Shown piece after piece: positions 43,158 through 52,352 of a stretch of DNA of 64,000 nt. The translations under genes were made by a program, and so were the position numbers. The notes beneath the pieces were generated by a model. It made no database searches. It was not told the DNA's origin and saw only the letters and a program-made list of their open reading frames with translations. Position 1 is the stretch's first letter, and each line of letters begins with the position of its first letter. The DNA is taken from NCBI GenBank assembly GCA_965221125.1, contig CBDCRW010000002.1, positions 96,001 to 160,000 on the forward strand, written 5' to 3'. This DNA comes from Alphaproteobacteria bacterium. Lineage in GTDB: Bacteria; Pseudomonadota; Alphaproteobacteria; UBA828.

Positions 43158-43835
43158 TCACGGCAGCGGAGCCCCGGTTATATCGGTCGTCTCTTCCAGC
43201 GGCCGATGCACGCGCCGCCTGATGTGTCTGCTCAGCCAGTTCATTCCGAGCGTCAGCAGGATGCTGAAGCCGAGGAACCAGATCATAGCCCAGAGATAGA
43301 CCCAAAGCGCCAGCCCGATCTCGTCGACGGCGCCGATGACCGTATCCGCGCGCCGCACGAGCTCCGGCACGCCGATCACCGAGGCGGTGCTGGAGGCCAT
43401 GACGATGATCAGGAAGTAGCTGGTCCAGGCCGGCACGAAGAGCAGCGCCTCCGGCATCTCCTGGCGGCGCATGTGGCGGATCGCGGCGAGCGCGTTGTCC
43501 GACACGTAGCCGGCGACCGCGATGCCGAGCGCGAGCGATGCCTTGATCCAGGCCGGGAAGGTCGCGGAGGCGCCGAAGAGCGTGAACTCGGTGGGGATGA
43601 TGTAGGCCAGGTAGAACAGCATCACGAAGGTCGGCGCGTTGCGGGCCAGCGTCGTGAGCCCGCTGCCGCCGTGCCTCACGCCCCAGTTGGCGCCGCCCCG
43701 CAGCAGCGCGAGCACGACGCCCACGACCGTCCCGATCGCCATGGCGAGCAGGGAGACGATGATGTTCCAGCCGAAGCCCTCCGCCAGGAAGGGCGACCAG
43801 ACCCAAAGGACGTCGATCGTCTCCCCCGCCGTCAT
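43158..43835 (-). CDS. Polar amino-acid ABC-type permease (divergent)
   Basis: HisM/GlnP-like topology, RNAPTFV, ASSTASVIGVPEL. Confidence 0.8.
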   Translation of the reverse strand: MTAGETIDVLWVWSPFLAEGFGWNIIVSLLAMAIGTVVGVVLALLRGGANWGVRHGGSGLTTLARNAPTFVMLFYLAYIIPTEFTLFGASATFPAWIKASLALGIAVAGYVSDNALAAIRHMRRQEMPEALLFVPAWTSYFLIIVMASSTASVIGVPELVRRADTVIGAVDEIGLALWVYLWAMIWFLGFSILLTLGMNWLSRHIRRRVHRPLEETTDITGAPLP

Positions 43836-45433
43836 CGTGTCGTGGCCCTGCCCCGCTCGAACCGGCGGAAGAGCTGCACGGTGATGATGACCAGAACGAA
43901 GTAGCAGATGAGGAGAAGGTTCATCATGACGTCGGCATTGCCCTTCTCCGCCACGATCGACGTGCTGGCGTGCACCAGCTCGGGCAGGGCGAGCGTGCTG
44001 GCCATGCCGGTGGCCTTCACGATATTAGCGGAGTTGCCCATGATCGCGGCGTAGCAGAGCCTGAACGCCCGATTGATGTCGCGCGGCACGAATTTCAGCT
44101 TGTGGCTGCCGGTGGCGGCGACATCGGCCGCCAGCGAGAACGCGATCGCATTGCTCGAGGCGGCATAGAGCGACAGCACCACGGCGGCGACCAGGAAGGC
44201 GTCGAGCGTGAACCCGAGCGACAGCAGCACGCCGCCGAGGCCGAAGAACACGATGTAGAGCTGGAGCAACGGGGGAGTCATGCGCAGGAACTCGCTGAAC
44301 GCCCGCAGGAAGTGGCTGACCCCCGGCACGCGGCGGTGCATCAGCCAGCCGAAGATCACCCCCAGCAGGATGCTGCCGAAGACCGTGATGGCCGAGAGCG
44401 CCGCGGTGAGCGCGAGGCCGTAGAGGAAAACGCTGCGGTCGAGCGGGTCGTAGAGGATGCTGATGTCGAGGCCCGTCACCTCCATGATCGTCAGCGAGAA
44501 GCCCGAAAGGCCGCCGATGCCGCTGCCGGTGACGAGGGCCACCACCCGGCATTCGAGCGGCCACTGGCCCTGCTCGTTTCGCCGGCACTTCGGCTCCCCG
44601 GCTTCGTCGGTCTCCTGCCAGGTCGTCCGCGCGTCACGCAGGAAGGGCGAGGGCGGCAGCTCCCACTTCTTCTCCAGCGATTGCAGGAAGCCGTCGCGAT
44701 GCCACCCCGCCAGCGTGTCGCCCATGAGCCGGTCGAGCGCGCCGCCGCCTTCCTCCTTGGCGATGGCGACGGCCCAGGGCAGCACGAAGCGCGTCGGCAG
44801 CGAGACGCTGAAGCCATCCCACTCGCCGGATTCCAGTTCGTGGAGGAGGAGGACCTCGTCGTAGATCCAGCCGACGCAGTGCTCGTTGCGCAGCCCCTGG
44901 CTGGCCTCGCGGGTGCTGTTGAAGGCGGTCACGTCGAGCAGCAGCCGCTGCTTGGCGAGCCGGTTCCAGAGCGAGCCCTGAAGCCCGCAGACGGTCTGCC
45001 CGCGCAGGTCGGCCCAGGTGCCGATCCTGGCGCTGTCCCGCAGCAGCACGTTGGCCCCGTCGCCGTAGTATTGCGGCTCGATCATGGTGACCAGCTCGCG
45101 GCGGCTGCGGGTGTCGCCCATGGTGGCGGCGACGATGTCGATCTCGCCCTGCTGCACCTTCTGCAGCCGGTTGGCGCTGGTGACCGGCTCCAGCCGGAGC
45201 TCGACGCCGATCGCCTCCGCGAAGCCGCGCGCCACGTCCACGTCGTAGCCGACCAGCGTGCCCTCGGCGTCGCGAAAGCCGAAGGGCGCGTAGTCCTCCT
45301 TCACGCCGACGGTGACGTAGCCGCGCTCCTGGATCTCCTGCAGCCGGTCGGCAAGCGCAGGCGAGGCCAGGCCCGCCCAGGCGACGAGGGCGATGGCGCC
45401 GAGCAGGCGCCAGGGCGGGAATCGCAAGCTCAT
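43832..45433 (-). CDS. Fused family-3 substrate-binding domain + amino-acid ABC permease
   Basis: Signal peptide; VGVKEDYAPFGF, GYDVDVA in the N-half; RMTPPLLQL and TM helices in the C-half. Confidence 0.85.
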   Translation of the reverse strand: MSLRFPPWRLLGAIALVAWAGLASPALADRLQEIQERGYVTVGVKEDYAPFGFRDAEGTLVGYDVDVARGFAEAIGVELRLEPVTSANRLQKVQQGEIDIVAATMGDTRSRRELVTMIEPQYYGDGANVLLRDSARIGTWADLRGQTVCGLQGSLWNRLAKQRLLLDVTAFNSTREASQGLRNEHCVGWIYDEVLLLHELESGEWDGFSVSLPTRFVLPWAVAIAKEEGGGALDRLMGDTLAGWHRDGFLQSLEKKWELPPSPFLRDARTTWQETDEAGEPKCRRNEQGQWPLECRVVALVTGSGIGGLSGFSLTIMEVTGLDISILYDPLDRSVFLYGLALTAALSAITVFGSILLGVIFGWLMHRRVPGVSHFLRAFSEFLRMTPPLLQLYIVFFGLGGVLLSLGFTLDAFLVAAVVLSLYAASSNAIAFSLAADVAATGSHKLKFVPRDINRAFRLCYAAIMGNSANIVKATGMASTLALPELVHASTSIVAEKGNADVMMNLLLICYFVLVIITVQLFRRFERGRATTR

Positions 45434-45886
45434 GCGGCCGACCGCGCCTCGGGCGCGGAGACAACGGGTTCGACGGCATGGCCGCTGCCCGCGGCAGTCG
45501 AGCGACGGGATGGTGGAACGGGAGCGCGCCTGCGCATCAATCCGCCCCGGCCGTGGCGGCACGAGCCCCGGAGGCCAGGCAAGATGCCACGGCCGCATTG
45601 CGTCGGAGGTCGATGATCGTCGCGTGAATCATCGTTGCCACTCTTCTTGACGCGAACCGGAAACAGGGTTCTGCGCAACGGAACGCTCGCCCTCCCGGCC
45701 ATCGCCGCGGTGCCGTCGGCCGCGGCAACGAAGAATCCTATCCGATATGGACATAGGACGAAATAGAGTATCGTGCCGCACGGGTGGAACCAGTTTCTGC
45801 CGTCATTCCATGCGTCGCCGTGCCGCAGGGGGTCGGCGCGCGCGCATCGCGGCCCGCGGGAAGGACGGCAGACCGTCGGGGGAAGA

Positions 45887-46831
45887 ATGACCGGCTTCAG
45901 TCATCGTCTGCACCTCGCTCTGCCGCGACGTCGGGCGCTGCCGCGCTACGGGGGCGCCCTGCTTGCGCTCGTCATGCTGGCGTCGGGCGCGCCGCACCCG
46001 GCGCCGCCGGCACACGCCGCCGCCGACGGCGTGCTCGCCAGGATCGAGGCGGACGGCGTGATTCGCGCCGGCACCCGGGCGAGCGCGCCGCCCTTCGCCC
46101 GGAAGCTCGAAACCGGCGGCTTCGAAGGCTTTTCGGTCGACCTGCTGGAGCTGGTCCGGGCCGCGACGCAAGAGAAGGTGGGCCGGCCGGTCGCGCTGGA
46201 GCTGCAAGAGGTGACGCCGGGCGACCGGCTGCAGCGGGTCGCCGCGGGCGAGCTCGACATCGTCTGCGGCATCACCACGCCGACCTGGGATCGCGAGGCC
46301 CTGGTCGACTTCTCCGTGCCCTTCTTCCGCGACGGCACGCGCATCCTGACCTATCGCGAGCATGCCACGGGCGGAGTCGATCTCGGCCGGCTCGACATCG
46401 GGGTGGTCGAAGGCACGACGACCGTGAACATCGTCAACGAAGAGCTGCCGACGGCGAACCTGCATCGGTTCCCCACCATGAAGGACGCGATGAGCGCGCT
46501 TGCGGCTGGCGAGGTGAAGGGCGTCGCCAACATCGGCATCACGCTGCTGGGGCTTGCGGCGAAGGCGGAGCCGCGCCGGAGCGTGGTCCTGCTGCCGCGC
46601 ACCTACGCGCTCGCCATGGAAACCCTGGCCTGCGTGCTGCCGCAGGACGACAGCCCGTGGCGCGATACCGTCAACCGGGTCATCATCGACATGTTCAGCG
46701 GCGTCGAGGACTCCAACAGCCGCTACGACGAGGTCTACGACCGCTGGTTCGGGCGCGACAGCGAAATCTTCTATCCGCTCGACCGTGACAATCGCACCTA
46801 CCTGAGCACGGTATCGATCTGGGCGCGCTGA
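45887..46831 (+). CDS. Family-3 amino-acid substrate-binding protein
   Basis: Arg-rich signal peptide, GFSVDL, DIVCGITT, VDFSVPFF, GTTT. Confidence 0.85.
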   Translation: MTGFSHRLHLALPRRRALPRYGGALLALVMLASGAPHPAPPAHAAADGVLARIEADGVIRAGTRASAPPFARKLETGGFEGFSVDLLELVRAATQEKVGRPVALELQEVTPGDRLQRVAAGELDIVCGITTPTWDREALVDFSVPFFRDGTRILTYREHATGGVDLGRLDIGVVEGTTTVNIVNEELPTANLHRFPTMKDAMSALAAGEVKGVANIGITLLGLAAKAEPRRSVVLLPRTYALAMETLACVLPQDDSPWRDTVNRVIIDMFSGVEDSNSRYDEVYDRWFGRDSEIFYPLDRDNRTYLSTVSIWAR

Positions 46832-46880
46832 CGGCCTCCGCCGCGGCGCCCCCGCATCCGCCATCCGACGCTAAGCCTGG

Positions 46881-46903
46881 GTGATGGTATAGTGTAGCCT
46901 GAC
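46881..46903. promoter_or_regulatory. Possible Zur box
   Basis: GTGATGGTATAGTGTAGCCTGAC partially matches the GAAATGTTATA-W-TATAACATTTC consensus, upstream of zur. Confidence 0.4.
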
Positions 46904-46949
46904 GCGGCGGCCGCAGGACGTCTCGCGATGCGGCCGGACCGGGGAACGA

Positions 46950-47456
46950 ATGGACGCTCCATCCGCAGACCGGCCCGCCTTCCACGACGGCGGGCACGAG
47001 CACCGGGGCTGCATCGCGGACGCGCTGGCCCGCGCCGAGGCCGTCTGCCGCGAGCGCGGCGCCCGCCTGACCCCCTTGCGGCGCAGGGTGCTGGAGCTGG
47101 TCTGGGAAAGCCATCGGGCGGTCAAGGCCTACGATCTGCTCGCCGCGCTCGGCGACGAGGGCGGCGCGGCCAAGCCGCCGACGGTCTACCGCACCCTCGA
47201 GTTCCTGATGGAGCATGGCCTGGTCCATCGCATCGACAGCCTCAACGCCTTCGTCGGGTGCCCGCAGCCGGACGAGGGCCACAGCGCCCAGTTCCTGATC
47301 TGCGGCGATTGCGGCGAGGTCTCGGAGATGAACGCGGCCAGCATCGACCGCGCGGTCGCCGCTCAGGCGGCCGGCTCGGGCTTTGCGCTCACGCGCACGA
47401 TCGTCGAGCTGCACGGCAAGTGTCCGCAGTGCGCGCCGCGCCCGCAGAGCGGCTGA
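46950..47456 (+). CDS. zur: Zinc uptake regulator (Fur family)
   Basis: RLTPLRRRVL, AYDLL, PPTVYRTLEFL, CGDC and CPQC; precedes znuCB. Confidence 0.9.
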   Translation: MDAPSADRPAFHDGGHEHRGCIADALARAEAVCRERGARLTPLRRRVLELVWESHRAVKAYDLLAALGDEGGAAKPPTVYRTLEFLMEHGLVHRIDSLNAFVGCPQPDEGHSAQFLICGDCGEVSEMNAASIDRAVAAQAAGSGFALTRTIVELHGKCPQCAPRPQSG

Positions 47457-48295
47457 GCCGGCAGCCCGCCGCGCCCGGGCCGCTGCTTGCCTCGGGCCGC
47501 GACCTGGTGGTGCGCTACGGCGGCCGCGCGGTGCTGGACCGGGTCTCGATCGAGGTCCGCCGCCAGGAGGTGGTAAGCCTGATCGGGCCGAACGGCGCGG
47601 GCAAGACCACCGCGGTGCGCGCGCTGCTCGGCCTCATCAGGCCCGATTCCGGCGCCGTCCACCACGAGCCCGGCATCGCGGTGGGCTACGTTCCCCAGCG
47701 CTTCGAGCAGCAGGAGCTTCTGCCGCTCAGCGTGCGCCGCTTCGTGGCGATGGCGAGGCGGCGCGCCAGCGGCGATGCTGCCGCTGTGCTTCAGGAGGTG
47801 GGGGCGGCGGCGGCCATCGACCGCCAGCTCAGCAGCCTCTCCGGCGGCGAGTTCAGGCGGGTGCTGCTCGCCCGCGCCCTGTTGCGCGACCCCGACCTGC
47901 TGGTGCTCGACGAGCCGATCCAGCAGGTCGACTTCGCCGGCCAGATGGCCATGCACCAGCTGATCGGCCACCTGCGGGACCGCCGCGGCTGCGGCGTGCT
48001 GGTCATCTCCCACGACCTTCACCTCGTCCTCGGCGCGACCGACCGCGTGATCTGCATCAACGGGCACGTCTGCTGCGCGGGCGAGCCGGAGGCGGTGAGC
48101 CGGCATCCCGAGTACGTCGCGCTGTTCGGCCCCCATGCGGCTGCGGCGGTGGCGGTCTACACCCACCACCACGACCACAGTCATGGCCTTCCCGTCTCCG
48201 TGGCCGCGATGGAGCCCGGCCTGCCGGACGGCGGACCACCGTCCGGCGACGGACCTGCGTCCGGTGACGGACCTGCGTCCGGCGAGGCCGGCTGA
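47429..48295 (+). CDS. znuC: Zinc ABC transporter ATPase; start uncertain (GTG 47420/47429 or CTG 47453)
   Basis: GPNGAGKT, GYVPQ, LSGGE, LDEP, SHDLH, HVCC, YTHHHDHSH. Confidence 0.9.
   Translation: MRAAPAERLSRQPAAPGPLLASGRDLVVRYGGRAVLDRVSIEVRRQEVVSLIGPNGAGKTTAVRALLGLIRPDSGAVHHEPGIAVGYVPQRFEQQELLPLSVRRFVAMARRRASGDAAAVLQEVGAAAAIDRQLSSLSGGEFRRVLLARALLRDPDLLVLDEPIQQVDFAGQMAMHQLIGHLRDRRGCGVLVISHDLHLVLGATDRVICINGHVCCAGEPEAVSRHPEYVALFGPHAAAAVAVYTHHHDHSHGLPVSVAAMEPGLPDGGPPSGDGPASGDGPASGEAG
48241..48285 (+). repeat. 18-bp in-frame tandem repeat (SGDGPA) in the znuC tail
   Basis: GTCCGGYGACGGACCTGC x2.5. Confidence 0.8.
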
Positions 48296-48302
48296 GCGCG
48301 CA

Positions 48303-49136
48303 GTGCTCGACGACTTCTTCGCGCGCGCGCTCGCCGGCGGCATCGGCGTGGCGATCGCCACCGGGCCGCTCGGCTGCTTCATGGTCTGGCGGCGCATGGC
48401 CTACTTCGGCGATTCGGTCGCCCACAGCGCGCTGCTCGGCGTCGTGCTGGGCGTCGGCCTCGGCATCGAACCCAACGCCGGCATCCTCATCATGTGCGTG
48501 GCCCTCGCCCTGCTGCTCCTGCTCCTCCAGCAGCAGCGCCGCCTCGCCACCGATACGCTGCTCGGCATCATGGCGCACGGCGCGCTCGCTCTCGGCCTCG
48601 TCGGGATCAGCTTTCTCGAGACCGTGCGGGTGGACCTGATGAGCTACCTGTTCGGCGACATCCTGGCCGTGAGCGGCCGCGACCTGCTCTGGATCTACGG
48701 CGGCGGCGGCGCGGTCCTGCTGGCGACGGCGCTGATCTGGCGGCCGCTGCTGGCCGTCACCGTGCACGAGGAGCTGGCGCGTGCCGAGGGCGTGCGCGTG
48801 CACCTCGTGCGCATCGCCTTCACCCTGCTGATCGCGCTCGCGGTCGCCATCGCCATGAAGATCATCGGGCTGATCCTGATCGTGTCGCTGCTGATCATCC
48901 CGGCGGCGACGGCGCGCCGGCTCGCACGCTCGCCCGAGCAGATGGCCCTGCTCGCGAGCGCGACCGGGGCGGTGGCCGTGGCCGGCGGGCTCCACGGCTC
49001 GCTTGCGTGGGACACGCCGTCCGGTCCCTCCATCGTGGTCGCGGCGCTCGCGCTCTTCGCGCTGGCGCACGGCGGCGCCGCGCTGGCCTCGGCCTTCGCC
49101 GGCCGGATCGTTGATTCGGCACGCGCCAACCACTAG
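48303..49136 (+). CDS. znuB: Zinc ABC transporter permease
   Basis: GPLGCFMVWRRMAYFGDSVAH, YLFGDIL, LIIPAATAR. Confidence 0.93.
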   Translation: MLDDFFARALAGGIGVAIATGPLGCFMVWRRMAYFGDSVAHSALLGVVLGVGLGIEPNAGILIMCVALALLLLLLQQQRRLATDTLLGIMAHGALALGLVGISFLETVRVDLMSYLFGDILAVSGRDLLWIYGGGGAVLLATALIWRPLLAVTVHEELARAEGVRVHLVRIAFTLLIALAVAIAMKIIGLILIVSLLIIPAATARRLARSPEQMALLASATGAVAVAGGLHGSLAWDTPSGPSIVVAALALFALAHGGAALASAFAGRIVDSARANH

Positions 49137-49165
49137 CTTCGCGCTCTCGCGCAAGGAGAACGCAG

Positions 49166-49546
49166 ATGGCTGCGAGCGGTGAGGTGGCCCGGCAGGTGAT
49201 CGAGCGGCTGCGTTTCGACGATGCCGGCCTCATCCCCGCGATCGCGCAGTCGCACGAGACCCGCGAGGTGCTGATGCTCGCGTGGATGAACGCCGACTCG
49301 GTGCGGGAGACGCTCGCCACCGGCCGGGTCTGCTACTGGTCCCGCTCGCGCCAGCGGCTATGGCGCAAGGGCGAGAGCTCGGGCCACACGCAGCGGCTGG
49401 TCGAGATGCGCTTCGACTGCGACAGCGACGCTCTGCTCCTGCTGGTCGACCAGACCGGCCCCGCCTGCCACACCAACCGCCCGGCCTGCTTCTACCACGC
49501 CGTGCAGGACGGCGAGATCCGCGTGATCGCGGAGCCGGTCAGCTAG
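49166..49546 (+). CDS. hisI: Phosphoribosyl-AMP cyclohydrolase
   Basis: YWSRSR, LWRKGESSG, DCDSD, ACHT. Confidence 0.95.
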   Translation: MAASGEVARQVIERLRFDDAGLIPAIAQSHETREVLMLAWMNADSVRETLATGRVCYWSRSRQRLWRKGESSGHTQRLVEMRFDCDSDALLLLVDQTGPACHTNRPACFYHAVQDGEIRVIAEPVS

Positions 49547-50666
49547 CTAGGAGGCGGCCGGGGCCGAGGGTCTCGGCGGCGATGCCGCGGGCGGCGGCGG
49601 CCTCGGGCACCGGATTGCCGCTGGCGAGCGCCGCCACCACAGCGCCGAGCGCGGGCGCGGTCATGATGCCGGCGCCCCCCTGCCCCGCCAGCCAAAAGAA
49701 GCCTTCGGCGGCGCGGTCGAAGCCCGCGACCGGCTGACGATCCTTCACGAAGCTCCTGAGCCCCGCCCACTTGTTGCGGATGTGGCGGATCTCCAGCCGC
49801 GTCGCCTGCATGATGCGGTCGGCGCCGATGGCGATGTCGAGCTCCTCGGGATACGCATCGCAGGGCTCGGACGGGACCTCGTCGGCGGGCGATCCCAGGA
49901 CCCGGCCGGCGTCGGGCTTGAGGTAAAAGGAATCCTCGACGTCGTGCACCATCGGCCAGCCGTCGACGCCCTCCGCCGGCCCGTCGAAGATGAACGCAGT
50001 GCGCCGCTTCGGCTCGAGACCGATGGGCGCGACGCCGGCAAGCGCGGCCACGGCGTCGCACCAGGCGCCGGCGGCGTTGACCACGACGGGCGCCGCGAAC
50101 CCGCCGGCCGGCGTCTCCGCGTGCCAGAGGCCGCCCTCGCGCCGGAGCCCCGTCACCGCCGCCTCCGTCATCAGCGTGCCGCCGCGCGCGCGGAGGCCTC
50201 GCAGGTAGCCCTGGTGCAGGGCGGCGACGTCGATCTCCTCCGCATCCGGCTCCAGCACCGCGCCGGCGACGTAGTCCTCGCGCAAGGGCACGGGCTGCGC
50301 CAGAGCTTGCTTGGCGTCGAGGCGGGCCAGGGACGGCACGCGCCGCCGGTTCTCCTCGTAGAAGCGGTCGAGCGCGGCGATCTGCTCGCTGCGGCCCACG
50401 TAGAGCACGTGGCGCGGGCTGAGCAGCGGCGCGGCCGCGAAGCCGGCGGGCGGGTCGGCGAGGAAGGCGCGGCCCGCGACGGCGAGACCCTTGGTGAGCG
50501 GCCCGCCATACGTCTCCATGTACATGGCGGCTGAGCGCCCGGTGGAGTGATAGCCGGGCGCGTCCTCCTGCTCGAGAACGACGACGCGGCCCCGCTCGGC
50601 AAGCCAGTACGCCGCCGAGGCGCCCGCCATGCCGGCGCCGACGACCAGGAAATCGCAACGCTGCAT
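49539..50666 (-). CDS. FAD-dependent oxidoreductase (DadA/D-amino-acid dehydrogenase family)
   Basis: VVGAGMAG, HSTGRSAA, VNAAGAW, WAGLRSF, GQGGAGI. Confidence 0.88.
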   Translation of the reverse strand: MQRCDFLVVGAGMAGASAAYWLAERGRVVVLEQEDAPGYHSTGRSAAMYMETYGGPLTKGLAVAGRAFLADPPAGFAAAPLLSPRHVLYVGRSEQIAALDRFYEENRRRVPSLARLDAKQALAQPVPLREDYVAGAVLEPDAEEIDVAALHQGYLRGLRARGGTLMTEAAVTGLRREGGLWHAETPAGGFAAPVVVNAAGAWCDAVAALAGVAPIGLEPKRRTAFIFDGPAEGVDGWPMVHDVEDSFYLKPDAGRVLGSPADEVPSEPCDAYPEELDIAIGADRIMQATRLEIRHIRNKWAGLRSFVKDRQPVAGFDRAAEGFFWLAGQGGAGIMTAPALGAVVAALASGNPVPEAAAARGIAAETLGPGRLLAS

Positions 50667-50799
50667 GGCGCGCATTCTATGCGGCGCACCCGGCAGCCGA
50701 AATGGCGGGACTCGGCGTTCGGGGATACGGAACTGCCGCTCTCGGCAAGGCGGGCGCGGCCCGCTACTCTTGCGCCCTCTTCAAGAGCGGGAGCGGACG

Positions 50800-51615
50800 A
50801 TGGAAATTTCGTGTGAGGGCCGGCGCGCGGTGGTGACCGCAGGCGGGTCGGGGATCGGGCGGGTCATCGCGGAGACGCTGGCGGCCAACGGCGCCGCCGT
50901 CTTCACCTGCGACGTCCAGCCCGGACTGGTCGAGGACGTGCGGAGCAGGAGGATCGGCGCGATCGAGGCCGACGTCGCCGATCCGGCCCAGGTGGACCGG
51001 CTGTTCGAGGTCGCGGCGGAGGCCATGGGCGGCGTCGACATCCTCGTCAACAACGCCGGGATCGCCGGCCCCACCGCCCACGTCGAAGCCATCGAGCCCG
51101 CCGACTGGGACCGCACGATCGCGGTCAACATCTCCGGCCAGTTCTATTGCGCGCGCCGCGCGGTGCCGCTCATGCGCGCGGCCGGACAGGGCGCCATCGT
51201 CAACATCTCGTCCACCGCAGGGCGCATGGGCTTCCCGCTCCGGCTCCCCTATGCGACATCGAAGTTCGCCATCACCGGGCTTACCAAGACGCTCGCCATC
51301 GAGCTGGGCCCGGCCAACATCAGCGTCAACGCGATCCTGCCGGGCTACATCCTGAACGAGCGGGGCAGACGCGTGGTCCGCGCCAAGGCCGAGGCCGCCG
51401 GGCGCACGGTGGAAGAGATGCAGGCGACCATCCTGCGCAACATCGCCATGCGGACGGGCATCACGGAGCAGGAGATCGCCGACCTCGCGCTCTACCTCTG
51501 CTCCGACTCCGGCCGCCACATCTCGGGCCAGCTCCTCGGCGTCGACGGCATGTTCGACACCTACATGGGCATGGACAACCTCGACGACCCGCCGTCCGGC
51601 GCGGCCGGCGCGTGA
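50800..51615 (+). CDS. Short-chain dehydrogenase/reductase
   Basis: TAGGSGIG, NNAGIAGP, YATSK. Confidence 0.92.
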   Translation: MEISCEGRRAVVTAGGSGIGRVIAETLAANGAAVFTCDVQPGLVEDVRSRRIGAIEADVADPAQVDRLFEVAAEAMGGVDILVNNAGIAGPTAHVEAIEPADWDRTIAVNISGQFYCARRAVPLMRAAGQGAIVNISSTAGRMGFPLRLPYATSKFAITGLTKTLAIELGPANISVNAILPGYILNERGRRVVRAKAEAAGRTVEEMQATILRNIAMRTGITEQEIADLALYLCSDSGRHISGQLLGVDGMFDTYMGMDNLDDPPSGAAGA

Positions 51616-52352
51616 TCGTCCTCTTCACGGATTTCGGGCCGGGCGGGCCGTACACGGGCCAGATGAAGGCCGTGCTCGCGCGCGAGGCGCCGGGCGTCCC
51701 CGTGGTCGACCTCGCGGACGACCTGCCCGCCTGCGATCCCGAGCCCGCCGCCTATCTGCTCGCGGCCTTCGCGCCGGCCTTCCCGCCGGGCGCGGTCTTC
51801 GTCTGCGTGGTCGACCCCGGCGTGGGCAGCGCGCGGGCGCCGGTGGCGGTGAGCGCCGGCGGTCGCTGGTACGTCGGCCCCGACAACGGCCTCCTCGCCA
51901 TCGTCGCCCGGCGGGCGGACGACGCGCGCTGGTTCGCCATCGACTGGCGGCCACCCACCCTCTCCGCCTCCTTCCACGGCCGCGATCTCTTCGCGCCGGT
52001 GGCGGCGCAATTGGCGCGCGGGGACGCGCTGCCGGGCACGCCGCTGGACGGCGCCCCGGCCGGCGCCGACTGGCCGGACGACCGGGCCGCGATCGTCTAC
52101 ATCGACCCCTACGGCAACGCGATGACCGGAATCCGCGCGGCCCGGCTGGCGGAGGACGCGGTCGTCGTCGCAGGCGGCCGGCGGCTCCAGAAGCTGCGCA
52201 CGTTCTCCGACGCCGCAAGGGGCGCGGCCTTCTGGTACGAGAACGCGAACGGGCTCGCCGAGGTCGCGGTCAACCGGGGCCGCGCGGACCGGGTTCTGGG
52301 TCTCGGCGTGGGAACGCCGGTCCGCATCGAGACGGCGGGCGGCGCGGGATGA
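51612..52352 (+). CDS. SAM hydroxide adenosyltransferase (DUF62; chlorinase/fluorinase superfamily)
   Basis: LFTDFG, VVDPGVG, GPDNG, SFHGRDLFAP, IDPYGN, EVAVN; GTGA overlap with SDR. Confidence 0.88.
   Translation: MIVLFTDFGPGGPYTGQMKAVLAREAPGVPVVDLADDLPACDPEPAAYLLAAFAPAFPPGAVFVCVVDPGVGSARAPVAVSAGGRWYVGPDNGLLAIVARRADDARWFAIDWRPPTLSASFHGRDLFAPVAAQLARGDALPGTPLDGAPAGADWPDDRAAIVYIDPYGNAMTGIRAARLAEDAVVVAGGRRLQKLRTFSDAARGAAFWYENANGLAEVAVNRGRADRVLGLGVGTPVRIETAGGAG

Noticed and set aside
45736-45758. TCCTAT-N11-ATAGGA inverted repeat between the divergent SBP genes
   Set aside because: Could be an operator, but a single 6-bp arm pair cannot be distinguished from chance
51612-52352. SAM-dependent fluorinase or chlorinase, possibly linked to crcB
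   Set aside because: The FHGRD motif fits the DUF62 hydrolase subgroup, and crcB sits in its usual housekeeping context about 45 kb away
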